From Nitrospirota bacterium (GTDB lineage: Bacteria > Nitrospirota > Thermodesulfovibrionia > Thermodesulfovibrionales > UBA6898): DNA of 36,630 nucleotides. Made by a program: the position numbers and the translations under genes. How positions within the stretch are numbered: position 1 is the first letter of the stretch; every line of letters starts with the position of its first letter. Under the pieces are notes generated by a model, which was given only the letters and a program-made list of their open reading frames with translations, ran no database searches and was not told the DNA's origin. Location of the stretch: NCBI GenBank assembly GCA_021813425.1, contig JAKAKQ010000325.1, positions 1 to 36,630 on the forward strand. The letters are read 5' to 3'. This document shows positions 1 to 8,623 of the stretch, in pieces.

Positions 1-408
1 CACCTGGGCAAGAAGGGTTGTGGGCACCTGTATGAAATCAACCCCCCTCATATAAGTTGAGGCTGCAAAACCGGTAATATCTCCAATAACGCCGCCTCCG
101 AGAGCGATAAGGGCGGACCTTCTGTCAAGCCTTGCCTTAAGGAGCTCTCCATAGATATTCTGCAACCATGTTAAACTCTTATATTCTTCACCATCGGGGA
201 TTATTATCTCTGTAAGCTCAAATCCTGCATCCTTTATTGATTCTGATACGACTTTGCCATAAAGGTCATATACTGTCGGATTGCTTATGATGGCAAGCCT
301 TTTGCTGAATTCGAATCTTTCGAGTGTCTTGCCAAGTTCATTTATTACTCCGCGGTCTATTGCAATATTGTAGCTTCTGTCCCCGAGTTCAACCCTTATT
401 TTCTGCAT
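1..408 (-). CDS. aroB: 3-dehydroquinate synthase, N-terminal 136 codons (3' end runs off the window)
   Basis: The - strand frame is open from ATG at 408 to position 1. It is absent from the ORF track because there is no stop in the window. My translation is MQKIRVELGDRSYNIAIDRG...SALIALGGGVIGDITGFAASTYMRGVDFIQVPTTLLAQV. This carries the AroB glycine-rich GGGVxGD motif and the PTTLLAQV motif. The start overlaps the aroK 3' end by 13 nt. Confidence 0.85.
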   Translation of the reverse strand, partial: MQKIRVELGDRSYNIAIDRGVINELGKTLERFEFSKRLAIISNPTVYDLYGKVVSESIKDAGFELTEIIIPDGEEYKSLTWLQNIYGELLKARLDRRSALIALGGGVIGDITGFAASTYMRGVDFIQVPTTLLAQV

Positions 409-905
409 TTCAATATCCCCAGAATCTCCTCTGCGATCTGCAGAGGTGTCTTGCCGTCTGTATCTATGTTTATCCCTGCTTTCTCGTAAAACGGTTTTCT
501 GTAATTCAGCAGTTCCTTTATCTTTTCTATCGGTTTTTCGACCTTAAGCAACGGCCTGTCGCTGTTCCTGCTTGTCCGAATTAGGATGGTCTCGGGACTC
601 GCATTAAGGCAGAAAATAATACTGTTTTCCCTGAGGGCGCCCATATTTTCCTCCCTTAAAACAGCTCCGCCTCCGGTAGAGATTATAATATTTTTCTCCC
701 CGGAAAACCTCTTTATCATCCCGGTCTCCAAATCCCGGAAGTATTTCTCACCATAAATACTGAAAATATCATTTATCGTCATCTTCTGGCTGTCTTCTAT
801 CTCGGCATCGACATCCACAAGTCTCATATTGAGCATCTCCGACAGCTCCCTGCCGACAGCTGTTTTACCCGTACCCATAAAACCGGTCAAAACAATATTT
901 TTCAT
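396..905 (-). CDS. aroK: shikimate kinase
   Basis: 169 aa. It has a Walker A motif (GFMGTGKTAVGR), the STGGGAV motif and the typical AroK length. It sits between aroC and aroB. Confidence 0.9.
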   Translation of the reverse strand: MKNIVLTGFMGTGKTAVGRELSEMLNMRLVDVDAEIEDSQKMTINDIFSIYGEKYFRDLETGMIKRFSGEKNIIISTGGGAVLREENMGALRENSIIFCLNASPETILIRTSRNSDRPLLKVEKPIEKIKELLNYRKPFYEKAGINIDTDGKTPLQIAEEILGILKCRK

Positions 906-936
906 CTTTCACCTGGAATTTTTTGTGTATGAACGA

Positions 937-2241
937 TTAAAATTTCTGCAAATACGAAATGTACGACCTGTAATTCCTTATCACTTCTTTTTTGCTGTCA
1001 CCGCCGAATTTTTCGAGGAATGCATCTGCTATGACAAGGGCAGCCACGGCCTCTGCCACAACTGCTGCAGCAGGCACAGCACATATGTCAGAGCGCTCAT
1101 ATGCGGCCTTGAAAGCCTTCTTCGTATTGATATCCACCGACATCAGAGGCTTTCTGAGTGTTGGTATAGGTTTCATGGCAGCCCTGATAATCACCGGCAT
1201 GCCATTTGACATACCGCCTTCAATGCCTCCTGCGTTGTTAGTTTTTCTGTAGAAACCACTCTTAGCGAATTCGGAGTCCGGGGTCCGGAGTCTGAAGTCA
1301 GAACTTTTTGCTCTTTGCTCTTTGCTCTTTGCTCTGTAGAATATCTCGTCCATCACCTCAGAGCCGAAATCCCCTGCCATTTCGAACCCAAGACCTATCT
1401 CGACCCCTTTTATCGCCTGAACGCTCATTATTGCCTGTGCAAGCCTTCCATCAAGCTTCCGGTCCCATTGTATGTGACTTCCGAGTCCGACAGGAATCCC
1501 TGTTATAAAAACCTCGAATATCCCGCCGAGTGAATTGCCTTCCTTTATCGCCTTATCGATCAATCTGATCATGTCCTTCGAGGTTTCCGGATCCGGGCAT
1601 CTCACAGGAGATTTTTCTGCCATTTCAAATGTTTTTAGAAGGTCTTTTTCTTGTAACTTCTGACTTCTGACTTCCGACTTCCGACTTCCTATCTGTATTA
1701 CATAACTCCCGATATTAATATTAAACTCAGATAAAAATATCCTTGCGATCGCCCCGAGAGCCACCCTCATTGCTGTTTCTCTGGCGCTTGAACGTTCAAG
1801 TATATCCCTAATATCCCTGTGGTCATATTTAATAGCACCGGCGAGGTCGGCATGCCCGGGTCTCGGACAGGTGACTAATTTAAGTCCGGAGTTCGGTCGC
1901 CCCAGGCGACTCGCCGAGGAGAGAGTTCGGAGTTTGCTCTTTGCTCTTAGCTCCATGCCCTCTGCTTTCATTACGTCCTGCCAGTTCTCCCAGTCCCTGT
2001 TTTCGATCAGGATACTTATTGGTGAACCGGTTGTCTTTCCGAAACGCACTCCGGAGAGGATCTCGGCATGGTCTGATTCAATCTTCATCCTGCCGCCCCT
2101 GCCGTATCCGCCCTGACGCCGCCTGAGTTCCCTGTCTATGTCAGAGCAAGAGATTAAAAAGCCGGAGGGAATACCTTCAATTATCCCGGTCAATGCCCTC
2201 CCGTGAGACTCGCCTGATGTAAGGAATCTTAGATTTGCCAT
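937..2241 (-). CDS. aroC: chorismate synthase with three in-frame low-complexity insertions
   Basis: 434 aa. AroC motifs present: [61 protein letters not shown]. It is longer than typical AroC, and the excess maps to repeat DNA (see findings). Confidence 0.9.
   Translation of the reverse strand: MANLRFLTSGESHGRALTGIIEGIPSGFLISCSDIDRELRRRQGGYGRGGRMKIESDHAEILSGVRFGKTTGSPISILIENRDWENWQDVMKAEGMELRAKSKLRTLSSASRLGRPNSGLKLVTCPRPGHADLAGAIKYDHRDIRDILERSSARETAMRVALGAIARIFLSEFNINIGSYVIQIGSRKSEVRSQKLQEKDLLKTFEMAEKSPVRCPDPETSKDMIRLIDKAIKEGNSLGGIFEVFITGIPVGLGSHIQWDRKLDGRLAQAIMSVQAIKGVEIGLGFEMAGDFGSEVMDEIFYRAKSKEQRAKSSDFRLRTPDSEFAKSGFYRKTNNAGGIEGGMSNGMPVIIRAAMKPIPTLRKPLMSVDINTKKAFKAAYERSDICAVPAAAVVAEAVAALVIADAFLEKFGGDSKKEVIRNYRSYISYLQKF
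1310..1335. repeat. 7-nt tandem repeat gctcttt x ~3.7 inside aroC
   Basis: Read directly: g ctctttgctc tttgctcttt gctct. It is translated on the - strand as [10 protein letters not shown]. Confidence 0.9.
1657..1690. repeat. 7-nt tandem repeat cttctga/cttccga x ~5 inside aroC
   Basis: Read directly: cttctga cttctga cttccga cttccga cttcct. It is translated on the - strand as [11 protein letters not shown]. Confidence 0.9.
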
Positions 2242-2359
2242 ACACTATGTTATTAAAAAAAACTCCTCAAAGTAAAGACCATTAAAAACACGGTCATGTC
2301 AAAGTCAGAGCTAACTCACTGATGCAGAAGATGTATCATCAATCTTTGCACTTTTTGCC

Positions 2360-2443
2360 TGTCATTCCGGCTTGTCCGGAATCTTTCCCTGTCTTCAGAA
2401 GGATTCCCGACTCCCGAAAGCCTTCGGGATTGCGGGAATGACA
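2360..2443. repeat. REP-like structured palindromic element (tgtcattcc ... ggaatgaca)
   Basis: The outer inverted repeat is tgtcattcc (2360-2368) and ggaatgaca (2435-2443). Internal hairpins are ttccggcttgtccggaa and cccgaaagccttcggg. It lies in the intergenic gap between the aroC start and the upstream operon terminator. The 65-aa ORF 2395..2592 is just its translation. Confidence 0.7.
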
Positions 2444-2470
2444 GATTGGGGCTGACTTTGACGTTGCCCT

Positions 2471-2508
2471 GCATAAAAGAAGGGCGGGCTTTTAAGCCCG
2501 CCCTTCTT
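2471..2508 (-). terminator. rho-independent terminator of the pil/lipoprotein operon
   Basis: There is a perfect 15-bp palindrome, aagaagggcgggctt / aagcccgcccttctt (2477-2491 / 2494-2508). On the - strand the GC-rich stem is followed by TTTTAT. It lies 21 nt downstream of the stop at 2529. Confidence 0.85.
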
Positions 2509-2528
2509 AGTCATATCAGTGTTCTCGA

Positions 2529-3995
2529 TTACTGAATTGTAATCGTTGCAGTATCTGTAGCTCCGACAAAATCTGTTACGGTTATTGTACATGTCCCAAC
2601 TGCAGCACCTATTGGTACGGTTACAACAAATGTTGAGGAAGTATTCCAGAAGTTTGTTTCTGTGCCATTCAATATACCGTCATTCGCAGTCCCTCCACCA
2701 GCACCATTATCATTGAATGCTACTGCTGCGGCGCAAGAAGAGGTTGCCACATAAGGTCCTGTTCCACCAGAGGCTGTGAATGTTATTGCATCAAACGGAG
2801 CAACACTAAGCACAACAGCCGTCGCTGGACCCACAGCCAACGCAGGAGGCGCAGGAGGCGCAGGAGGCGCAGGAGGCGCAACAACAGCGCCCTGTGCTGT
2901 TACCGTAGTCGTTCCCGACACTCCGCCAGCAGATGCAGTTACCGTTATATTTATAGAACTGTTGTCAGCTACCGGCGGTGTATTTAGAGTGGCAGTAGCC
3001 ACACCGTCTGTTGTCTGGGCAAATGGGGTGTCAAACGAGCCGGCAGTTGACGTAAAATTCACCGTTGTCCCGTCAGGGGCTGGAATCCCGGCTGTAGTCA
3101 TTACAGCCGCTGTAATTTCCGATGTTCCTGCTCCAGCTGCTGGTCCAACAATCGATGGATTAGCAAACACGTCAATAGAACTTATATGTACAGGACTAAG
3201 GAAAAGGCTGATCATATTAAATGCGCCTATAAAAGAAGCTGAAGCAGTAATATTGACAACCCTTGTAAGGTCTGTCAATACAATTGGCGTTAGCACCATC
3301 AAGACTGTTGCCTGGCCGTTTACATCTGTCATTGCTGTGTTGCCATTTGGGAACCATACCTCGCATGGTTTTAACCCATTACTGCACTCTTTGGTTGTGT
3401 CCGGACCAAGTAAATATGGAACATCTGGTAAAAAGGTAATAGTATCCCCGGCAACAAGTTGACCATCATAGGTGCGAAGTGTTCCTATGACATTGACCGT
3501 ATTGTCAGTTGTATCTTCGAAGACGGTGAAAGGATCACCACTACCACCAATAATATCAAGTTCTAAAGAAGGCCTAAGGACAAGATCTGACGAAGTAAAG
3601 AATACCGTCTTTTTATCCCTGACCTGCCCTGAACCGGTGTTCACTTCGGCCTGAACCGTTGAAAAGCCATCGGTAGTCGAATAAAGCGTGACTGTTGCAA
3701 TACCGATGGCATCGGTGTTGGCGGTTGTAGAACTCAGCACACCGGTCAGCGAAAGATTTGTGAATATGACCTGCACATTCTGCATGACCCTGCCATTGCC
3801 ATCAAGGACCTTTGCCTTAAACGTAATAAATGAATTCGTATGCACTACATACTGAACAGGGAGCAATTGCACTATGGCAGCAATAGACGGGTTTACCCCT
3901 ACAGGCACGCTCGAAGAGCCTGACCCGCCTCCGCAGCCTGCCAGGGTAAGCATGAGAGCCAAAAGCAATATGGATAATATTATTTTCTTAATCAT
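2529..3995 (-). CDS. lipoprotein with bacterial Ig-like (Big_1/invasin-type) domains and a (PPA)n linker
   Basis: I prefer the start at M8 (ATG 3995), which is preceded by aggaggag at 3999-4006. This gives MIKKIILSILLLALMLTLAGC with a lipobox. The segment FKAKVLDGNGRVMQNVQVIFTN...TDAIGIATVTLYSTTDGFSTVQAEV fits the Big_1 pattern. The protein is T/S/G/A/V-rich and beta-type. Confidence 0.75.
   Translation of the reverse strand: MIKKIILSILLLALMLTLAGCGGGSGSSSVPVGVNPSIAAIVQLLPVQYVVHTNSFITFKAKVLDGNGRVMQNVQVIFTNLSLTGVLSSTTANTDAIGIATVTLYSTTDGFSTVQAEVNTGSGQVRDKKTVFFTSSDLVLRPSLELDIIGGSGDPFTVFEDTTDNTVNVIGTLRTYDGQLVAGDTITFLPDVPYLLGPDTTKECSNGLKPCEVWFPNGNTAMTDVNGQATVLMVLTPIVLTDLTRVVNITASASFIGAFNMISLFLSPVHISSIDVFANPSIVGPAAGAGTSEITAAVMTTAGIPAPDGTTVNFTSTAGSFDTPFAQTTDGVATATLNTPPVADNSSINITVTASAGGVSGTTTVTAQGAVVAPPAPPAPPAPPALAVGPATAVVLSVAPFDAITFTASGGTGPYVATSSCAAAVAFNDNGAGGGTANDGILNGTETNFWNTSSTFVVTVPIGAAVGTCTITVTDFVGATDTATITIQ
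2842..2880. repeat. 9-nt tandem repeat gcaggaggc x 4.3 encoding the PPAPPAPPAPPA linker
   Basis: Read directly at 2842-2880. The period is a multiple of 3, so copy-number change would only alter linker length. Confidence 0.9.
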
Positions 3996-4006
3996 TTCTC
4001 CTCCTC

Positions 4007-4642
4007 TTACGCACACAGATTCCAGTCAGCAAGCCAGATATCGAATTCCGACTGAAAATATCCGGAACTTCCGTAATTTGACATATATTTGCATCTCACC
4101 GTTGCTATATAGTGCGTAGGATATTCTGCCGGTATGTTTAAACCGGAACCCGAAGGGTTTATGGAAGCAGGCATGGCGTCCCACCAATCGTTCTTTCTCT
4201 GTATATCCATCAATGAGAAGATGCAAGCATTATCCTCCCCGGCAATTAATGTACAGTTCGGATAAACAGTCATGGTCTCAATAACAGGTGATGCAGGGTC
4301 TGAATTTGCTTTTATATATGTAATTGTGCATTGTTCAATACTTGCGGGGAAAGGATCGGATGCAGCGCTGGGATTCAGTTTGTCTGCGCTTATATTAAGC
4401 GTTTGAATATGGATGAAGAGACCGGGCTCAGCTGTAGTTGCATCACACATATGCACGTTAACATCGACTTCTTTGCCTGTAGCGCCTTCTGTAGAACCAG
4501 CATCTGTAATATTTACAGACTTGATAATAATGCCTGTATTTTCGCTGCCCGAAGAACCAGGCGCCCCGCCTCCTCCTCCGCATCCGGCAAGGCATACAAA
4601 AAATAACAGCAACAGACCCGAATAATATCTTTTACCTCTCAT
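4007..4642 (-). CDS. Cys-rich lipoprotein of unknown family
   Basis: 211 aa. The signal is MRGKRYYSGLLLLFFVCLAGC with a lipobox, followed by a Gly-rich tether and seven further Cys residues. An SD (gaggtg) precedes the ATG. It starts 37 nt after the pilQ stop, and its stop abuts the RBS of the next gene. Confidence 0.75.
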   Translation of the reverse strand: MRGKRYYSGLLLLFFVCLAGCGGGGGAPGSSGSENTGIIIKSVNITDAGSTEGATGKEVDVNVHMCDATTAEPGLFIHIQTLNISADKLNPSAASDPFPASIEQCTITYIKANSDPASPVIETMTVYPNCTLIAGEDNACIFSLMDIQRKNDWWDAMPASINPSGSGLNIPAEYPTHYIATVRCKYMSNYGSSGYFQSEFDIWLADWNLCA

Positions 4643-4679
4643 CTTTTCACCTCTGTCTATGTTTAATAATATTTTCCAA

Positions 4680-6938
4680 CTATTTCAGCGAATCGAATTC
4701 GACTATCTTTGGAGTGATGAATACTATTATCTCATTGCTTGATTCAATATTTTTTTCCTTCTTGAAAAGCAGTCCGAGAAGAGGCACCCTGCTCAGTCCC
4801 GGGACAGCATCATCTGTCTTTGTATGTGACTGTTTGAAAATCCCTCCTATTACAACCGTATCACCGTTGTTTACAAGCACGGTAGTATCAATCGTATTTT
4901 TGGTCATGTCAACGCCTGTGCTGGTGCCGGCAGCTATTAAAGACAGGAATTCATCCTTGGTTATCTTCAGATTCATGAGTATGGCGCCGCCCGGTGCAAT
5001 CCTTGGTTTAACATCGAGGGTAAGCAGTATCGGCACTTCTTTCAGGTCTGTCTTGTCGGCTGTTGCTATGGGGACCTGCAGATTGCGTCCCTGTGAGATC
5101 TTTGCCGATTCATTGTTCATGGTCATGATCTTGGGACTCGATATTACCTTGCCCTTTTTTACCTGTTCCATCGCCGACAGTTGAAGATCAAGGCTGAAAT
5201 TCGCAGCCTTGCTTATATAGCCGAATCCTATAGCGCCACCGGATCCAGATCCGATAGCTGCAGGGAGATTGACAAGGAAGTTGTTCCCTGAAAATCCAGT
5301 CCCCCCTGTCTGGGCAATTCCGCCTACCACGATCGTGTCGCTTGCCCTGGGTTTAGTAAAACCGGCTCCCCACTGAATGCCAAGGTCCTTTGTATAATCA
5401 GTATTGATCTCAACAATCCTTGCCTCTATCATAACCTGTCGCGCCTGCATTGTTTCCTGATCAATCTCACTTATTAGTGCGCCGATCTTCTCAAGATTGG
5501 TTTCGAGGTCATTAACAATTACAGAACTGCCTCTCTCATCAAGTGTTATGGTGCCTCTTGAACTCAAGACCTTTGCCTTGTCAATCGCATCCTTTAACTT
5601 TGCGAGATCAGCGTAATTTACCGGGAATATCTTTGTCTTAAGGTCCCCGGCCTCGGATTCGGCCTTTTTCGCCTTTGCCAGCTCATCGAGTTCTTTGGCC
5701 ACAATATTTGTAGGCACAATCCTGATTATATTCCCATCCACGATTTTTGATAATGAAAAAGTCCTCAGCAACGTTTCAAGGGCAACATTCCATTGTACCT
5801 CTCTCAGGTTCATAGTGTATTTGCCCTTTACATCAGGATGTATGACAAGATTGCATCCGCTTATATCAGCCAATAGCCTCAGGATAGGGATTATTTCCTG
5901 ATCCTGGAAATCAAGGCTCACATTCTCTTTACCCTCTAAATATCTCTTGCACTTGTCCGTATTTAATTTTGCAGACTCAGACGGTATCTGAGACGATACT
6001 GGCGGTGCGGTTGACTGGGATGCCGCAGGCACAGGAGCAACTGATGTTGTTATCTGTTTGTTATTAATAGCTGCCTGGGCAACAGGGGTGCCTTTTTTAG
6101 CCATGGAAATCTCAATAGAACCGCCGACGGCAGTAACGTCGTAATTGGTCTTCTCTTTAAGGTCGATCACGATTCGAACCTTGTCTTTATGTTTCCCGGC
6201 CCTTATGCCTTTCACCGGCGATATGACACTTTTAGGCATATCGGCACTCATCGATACACCGGGGATATCCACTACGATCCTGTCATCTATAGGAAAAACA
6301 TTAGGCATCATGGAACCGTTTCCGGTAATCACGACCACAACAGAATCCACGGCCCGTTTTATTTCCACATTTCTGATCTCGGTTGCCCTTGAAAGGGGAG
6401 AAACGCTGTTTTCTCTGACAGCAGGTTTTGAAGAAGACGGCTCTGTATCAGTCTGGGTTTTTACTTCTGATACGACAACAGGTTCTTCGACCTTCGCTGC
6501 AGGTTCCGGGGCCTTTGCAGCAGGCTCCTCTGCCTTAATCATCAGGGTAAGCATATTATCCTTATAAACCGGAACAACCGACGAAGGCGCCTGAAGCACG
6601 ACGTCCAATTTTACTGCCGTCTTTGGGGATTCTATCTCCTGAGGGATTATCTCTGTTATGCCCGATTTGTCAGAGACGATTTTAGTCCTGAAATTACCTG
6701 CCTTCATATCAGGGATTTCTATCGTTGTCCTGTATGGGTCATTAGCGCTATACATGGTATAAGTAAATGCCTTATTGCTTTTTATAGCTAAAACGTTATC
6801 CTGGATCTGTATGTCGGTGATTATTGCAGGATCCGTTTCTGTAGTGGATTCCTTAACCCCGGACGTTGTTGCACAACCGATCAGGAATGTTAATAAAACA
6901 ACCGATAAAAAAAGCTTTACTGTCATAATTTTCTTCAT
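4680..6938 (-). CDS. pilQ: type IV pilus secretin PilQ with two N-terminal AMIN-like domains
   Basis: 752 aa with a lipoprotein-type signal (LIGC). There are two AMIN-like repeats (ITDIQIQDNVLAIKS...TIEIPDMK and IRNVEIKRAVDSVVVVITGNG...VVDIPGVSM). The secretin C-terminus contains GDTVVIGGIF and VPGLSRVPLLGLLFK. It overlaps pilP by 4 nt. Confidence 0.9.
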   Translation of the reverse strand: MKKIMTVKLFLSVVLLTFLIGCATTSGVKESTTETDPAIITDIQIQDNVLAIKSNKAFTYTMYSANDPYRTTIEIPDMKAGNFRTKIVSDKSGITEIIPQEIESPKTAVKLDVVLQAPSSVVPVYKDNMLTLMIKAEEPAAKAPEPAAKVEEPVVVSEVKTQTDTEPSSSKPAVRENSVSPLSRATEIRNVEIKRAVDSVVVVITGNGSMMPNVFPIDDRIVVDIPGVSMSADMPKSVISPVKGIRAGKHKDKVRIVIDLKEKTNYDVTAVGGSIEISMAKKGTPVAQAAINNKQITTSVAPVPAASQSTAPPVSSQIPSESAKLNTDKCKRYLEGKENVSLDFQDQEIIPILRLLADISGCNLVIHPDVKGKYTMNLREVQWNVALETLLRTFSLSKIVDGNIIRIVPTNIVAKELDELAKAKKAESEAGDLKTKIFPVNYADLAKLKDAIDKAKVLSSRGTITLDERGSSVIVNDLETNLEKIGALISEIDQETMQARQVMIEARIVEINTDYTKDLGIQWGAGFTKPRASDTIVVGGIAQTGGTGFSGNNFLVNLPAAIGSGSGGAIGFGYISKAANFSLDLQLSAMEQVKKGKVISSPKIMTMNNESAKISQGRNLQVPIATADKTDLKEVPILLTLDVKPRIAPGGAILMNLKITKDEFLSLIAAGTSTGVDMTKNTIDTTVLVNNGDTVVIGGIFKQSHTKTDDAVPGLSRVPLLGLLFKKEKNIESSNEIIVFITPKIVEFDSLK

Positions 6939-7459
6939 TCTTCCCCCTCCTTGCGGAGTTTCAATATAGTATCTTTAGTTTTAATCTGACCTTTATAGTC
7001 TTTTATTTGCTCTCTAATAAGAACATAGTTCTTTGTTATCTCTTCCACCTTCCCGCCGTATAGTCCCAGGATCATGCCTGTTTTGATAGTATAAGTTTTC
7101 TTGTCCGGCAGCTCAATCATAGCGAATGACTGCCTGGCATCCCATGCAATAGCAAGCAGTTTTATCTCATCGACATCAACGCTTTCAATCGGGGTTGCTC
7201 CCTTCTTCTTCTTAGGCTTCTCCTTGGAAACATCAACCAAGGCTGTAAACGGGTCTCTCCTGCCTTTTGGATCATAGTTATAGACCTCTTTTTCCACTTT
7301 CGGCTCTTCTTTTTGAGCAGCTAAAGTTGTTGTTACGGCTGAAGGTGCTTGGGCAACCGATTTTTTAGCAATAGATTTCTGGGACTGCGTTTCTTTGCCC
7401 TTGCAACCCGCGAATCCGAAGGCTAAAAGAAGAATTAATACATATAATAATCTGCGCAT
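6935..7459 (-). CDS. pilP: type IV pilus assembly lipoprotein PilP
   Basis: 174 aa. It has a lipobox (FAGC) and an RRDPF motif. Its position between pilO and pilQ and the overlapping stop/start junctions support the call. Confidence 0.8.
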   Translation of the reverse strand: MRRLLYVLILLLAFGFAGCKGKETQSQKSIAKKSVAQAPSAVTTTLAAQKEEPKVEKEVYNYDPKGRRDPFTALVDVSKEKPKKKKGATPIESVDVDEIKLLAIAWDARQSFAMIELPDKKTYTIKTGMILGLYGGKVEEITKNYVLIREQIKDYKGQIKTKDTILKLRKEGEE

Positions 7460-8082
7460 TATTTCTTACCCTGCTTATCTTTTCCTTCTGTTGTCTTGGC
7501 CATTTCTTCCTCGGAAACCGCGGAGAAGGTTGAAGCAGTAAATGAAACGTCCAGAACACTACTGGTATCTTTCCCTTTTTTACCTCCACCCAATTTCATA
7601 TCATTAACGTTAACAATCCTGTTTAGTTTTGTCAGGCTGCTCAAAAAATAACCTAAATTATGGTATGTCCCAATAACGCTCACAGAGACAGGTATTTCAT
7701 AGACAATTCCGCTGGAATGGGTCTTTTTCTGGCTCGGTTTCCAGGATTTTATTTCAAGCCCGGCGCCTATACTGTTATCAGACACCTGCTTCAGAAGGCT
7801 CGATATCTCTTTCTCTTCAGGAAGCTGTTCTTTTAATTCGTTCAATCTGTTTAATAATCTTTCATTTTCCTTTTTTAAAACATCGAGCCTTGCAGCCTTT
7901 GTCTGGCTTTCTGCAATCTTATTATTCTGTTGATCGATCTGTGTTTCGAGCTTCTTGATTTCTTTTTGCTTCGGCATAACCACCAACATGATTACAAGTA
8001 CAGTTATTATGACAGAAGGCAGGAAAGCTATTATCGCCTTAACGTAAGATGGCAGGTTCTTTATATCAAATTTTATAGCCAT
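7459..8082 (-). CDS. pilO: type IV pilus assembly protein PilO
   Basis: 207 aa. It has one N-terminal TM helix, a coiled coil and then an alpha/beta core (IPVSVSVIGTYHNLGYFLSSL). Operon position supports the call. Confidence 0.8.
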   Translation of the reverse strand: MAIKFDIKNLPSYVKAIIAFLPSVIITVLVIMLVVMPKQKEIKKLETQIDQQNNKIAESQTKAARLDVLKKENERLLNRLNELKEQLPEEKEISSLLKQVSDNSIGAGLEIKSWKPSQKKTHSSGIVYEIPVSVSVIGTYHNLGYFLSSLTKLNRIVNVNDMKLGGGKKGKDTSSVLDVSFTASTFSAVSEEEMAKTTEGKDKQGKK

Positions 8083-8083
8083 C

Positions 8084-8623
8084 TCAGATCTTCACCTGCA
8101 CTGTTAATTTAAATGTATAGATCGAGAAATTGCCTAATTTCCCCTGCACGGACTCCTGCAAAAACACATCGGTTAATATATTGGAATTCTTTAAATTATT
8201 CACATAGTTGACAACATCGGTATTTGTAAAAGCCGTGCAGGTCAGACTCAGAACCGTTCCTTTCAGCTCCAGGGAATTAAACCATACTCCAGGGGGTAGA
8301 AGCGCGCTTAACTCATCAAGGACCTTAACAGGCATTGTCTTGTTTTTGCCGAGTTGCTCGATAATATCCTTGCGCTGTTGAAATATAGTGTTGCGTTTTT
8401 CAAATTCTTCGACAGCCTTTATCTTATCAGCAAGTTCTGCTATAAATTTCTCATTGTTCTTTACCTGTGTCTGTCTCTCTGTAACGCGCGAACTGAAGTA
8501 ATATACAATATAAGCGAGTATAGCTCCGGTGATTAATGTTACTACTATCGTTGAGATAAGAAACGCAGGTATGGGTTTTGCCTTTTTCTTCTTCTTTACA
8601 GGTAAAAGGTTGACTTTAATCAT
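8084..8623 (-). CDS. pilN: type IV pilus assembly protein PilN
   Basis: 179 aa. The N-terminus MIKVNLLP carries the INLLP-type PilM-binding motif, followed by a single TM helix. It overlaps pilM by 4 nt. Confidence 0.85.
   Translation of the reverse strand: MIKVNLLPVKKKKKAKPIPAFLISTIVVTLITGAILAYIVYYFSSRVTERQTQVKNNEKFIAELADKIKAVEEFEKRNTIFQQRKDIIEQLGKNKTMPVKVLDELSALLPPGVWFNSLELKGTVLSLTCTAFTNTDVVNYVNNLKNSNILTDVFLQESVQGKLGNFSIYTFKLTVQVKI

Noticed and set aside
2776-3462. 228-aa + strand ORF (and several shorter ones) antisense to the Ig-like lipoprotein gene
   Set aside because: The A/G/T/V-rich translation mirrors the low-complexity sense strand. There is no RBS, and it is fully nested antisense to a gene with a clear lipobox, RBS and domain signature.
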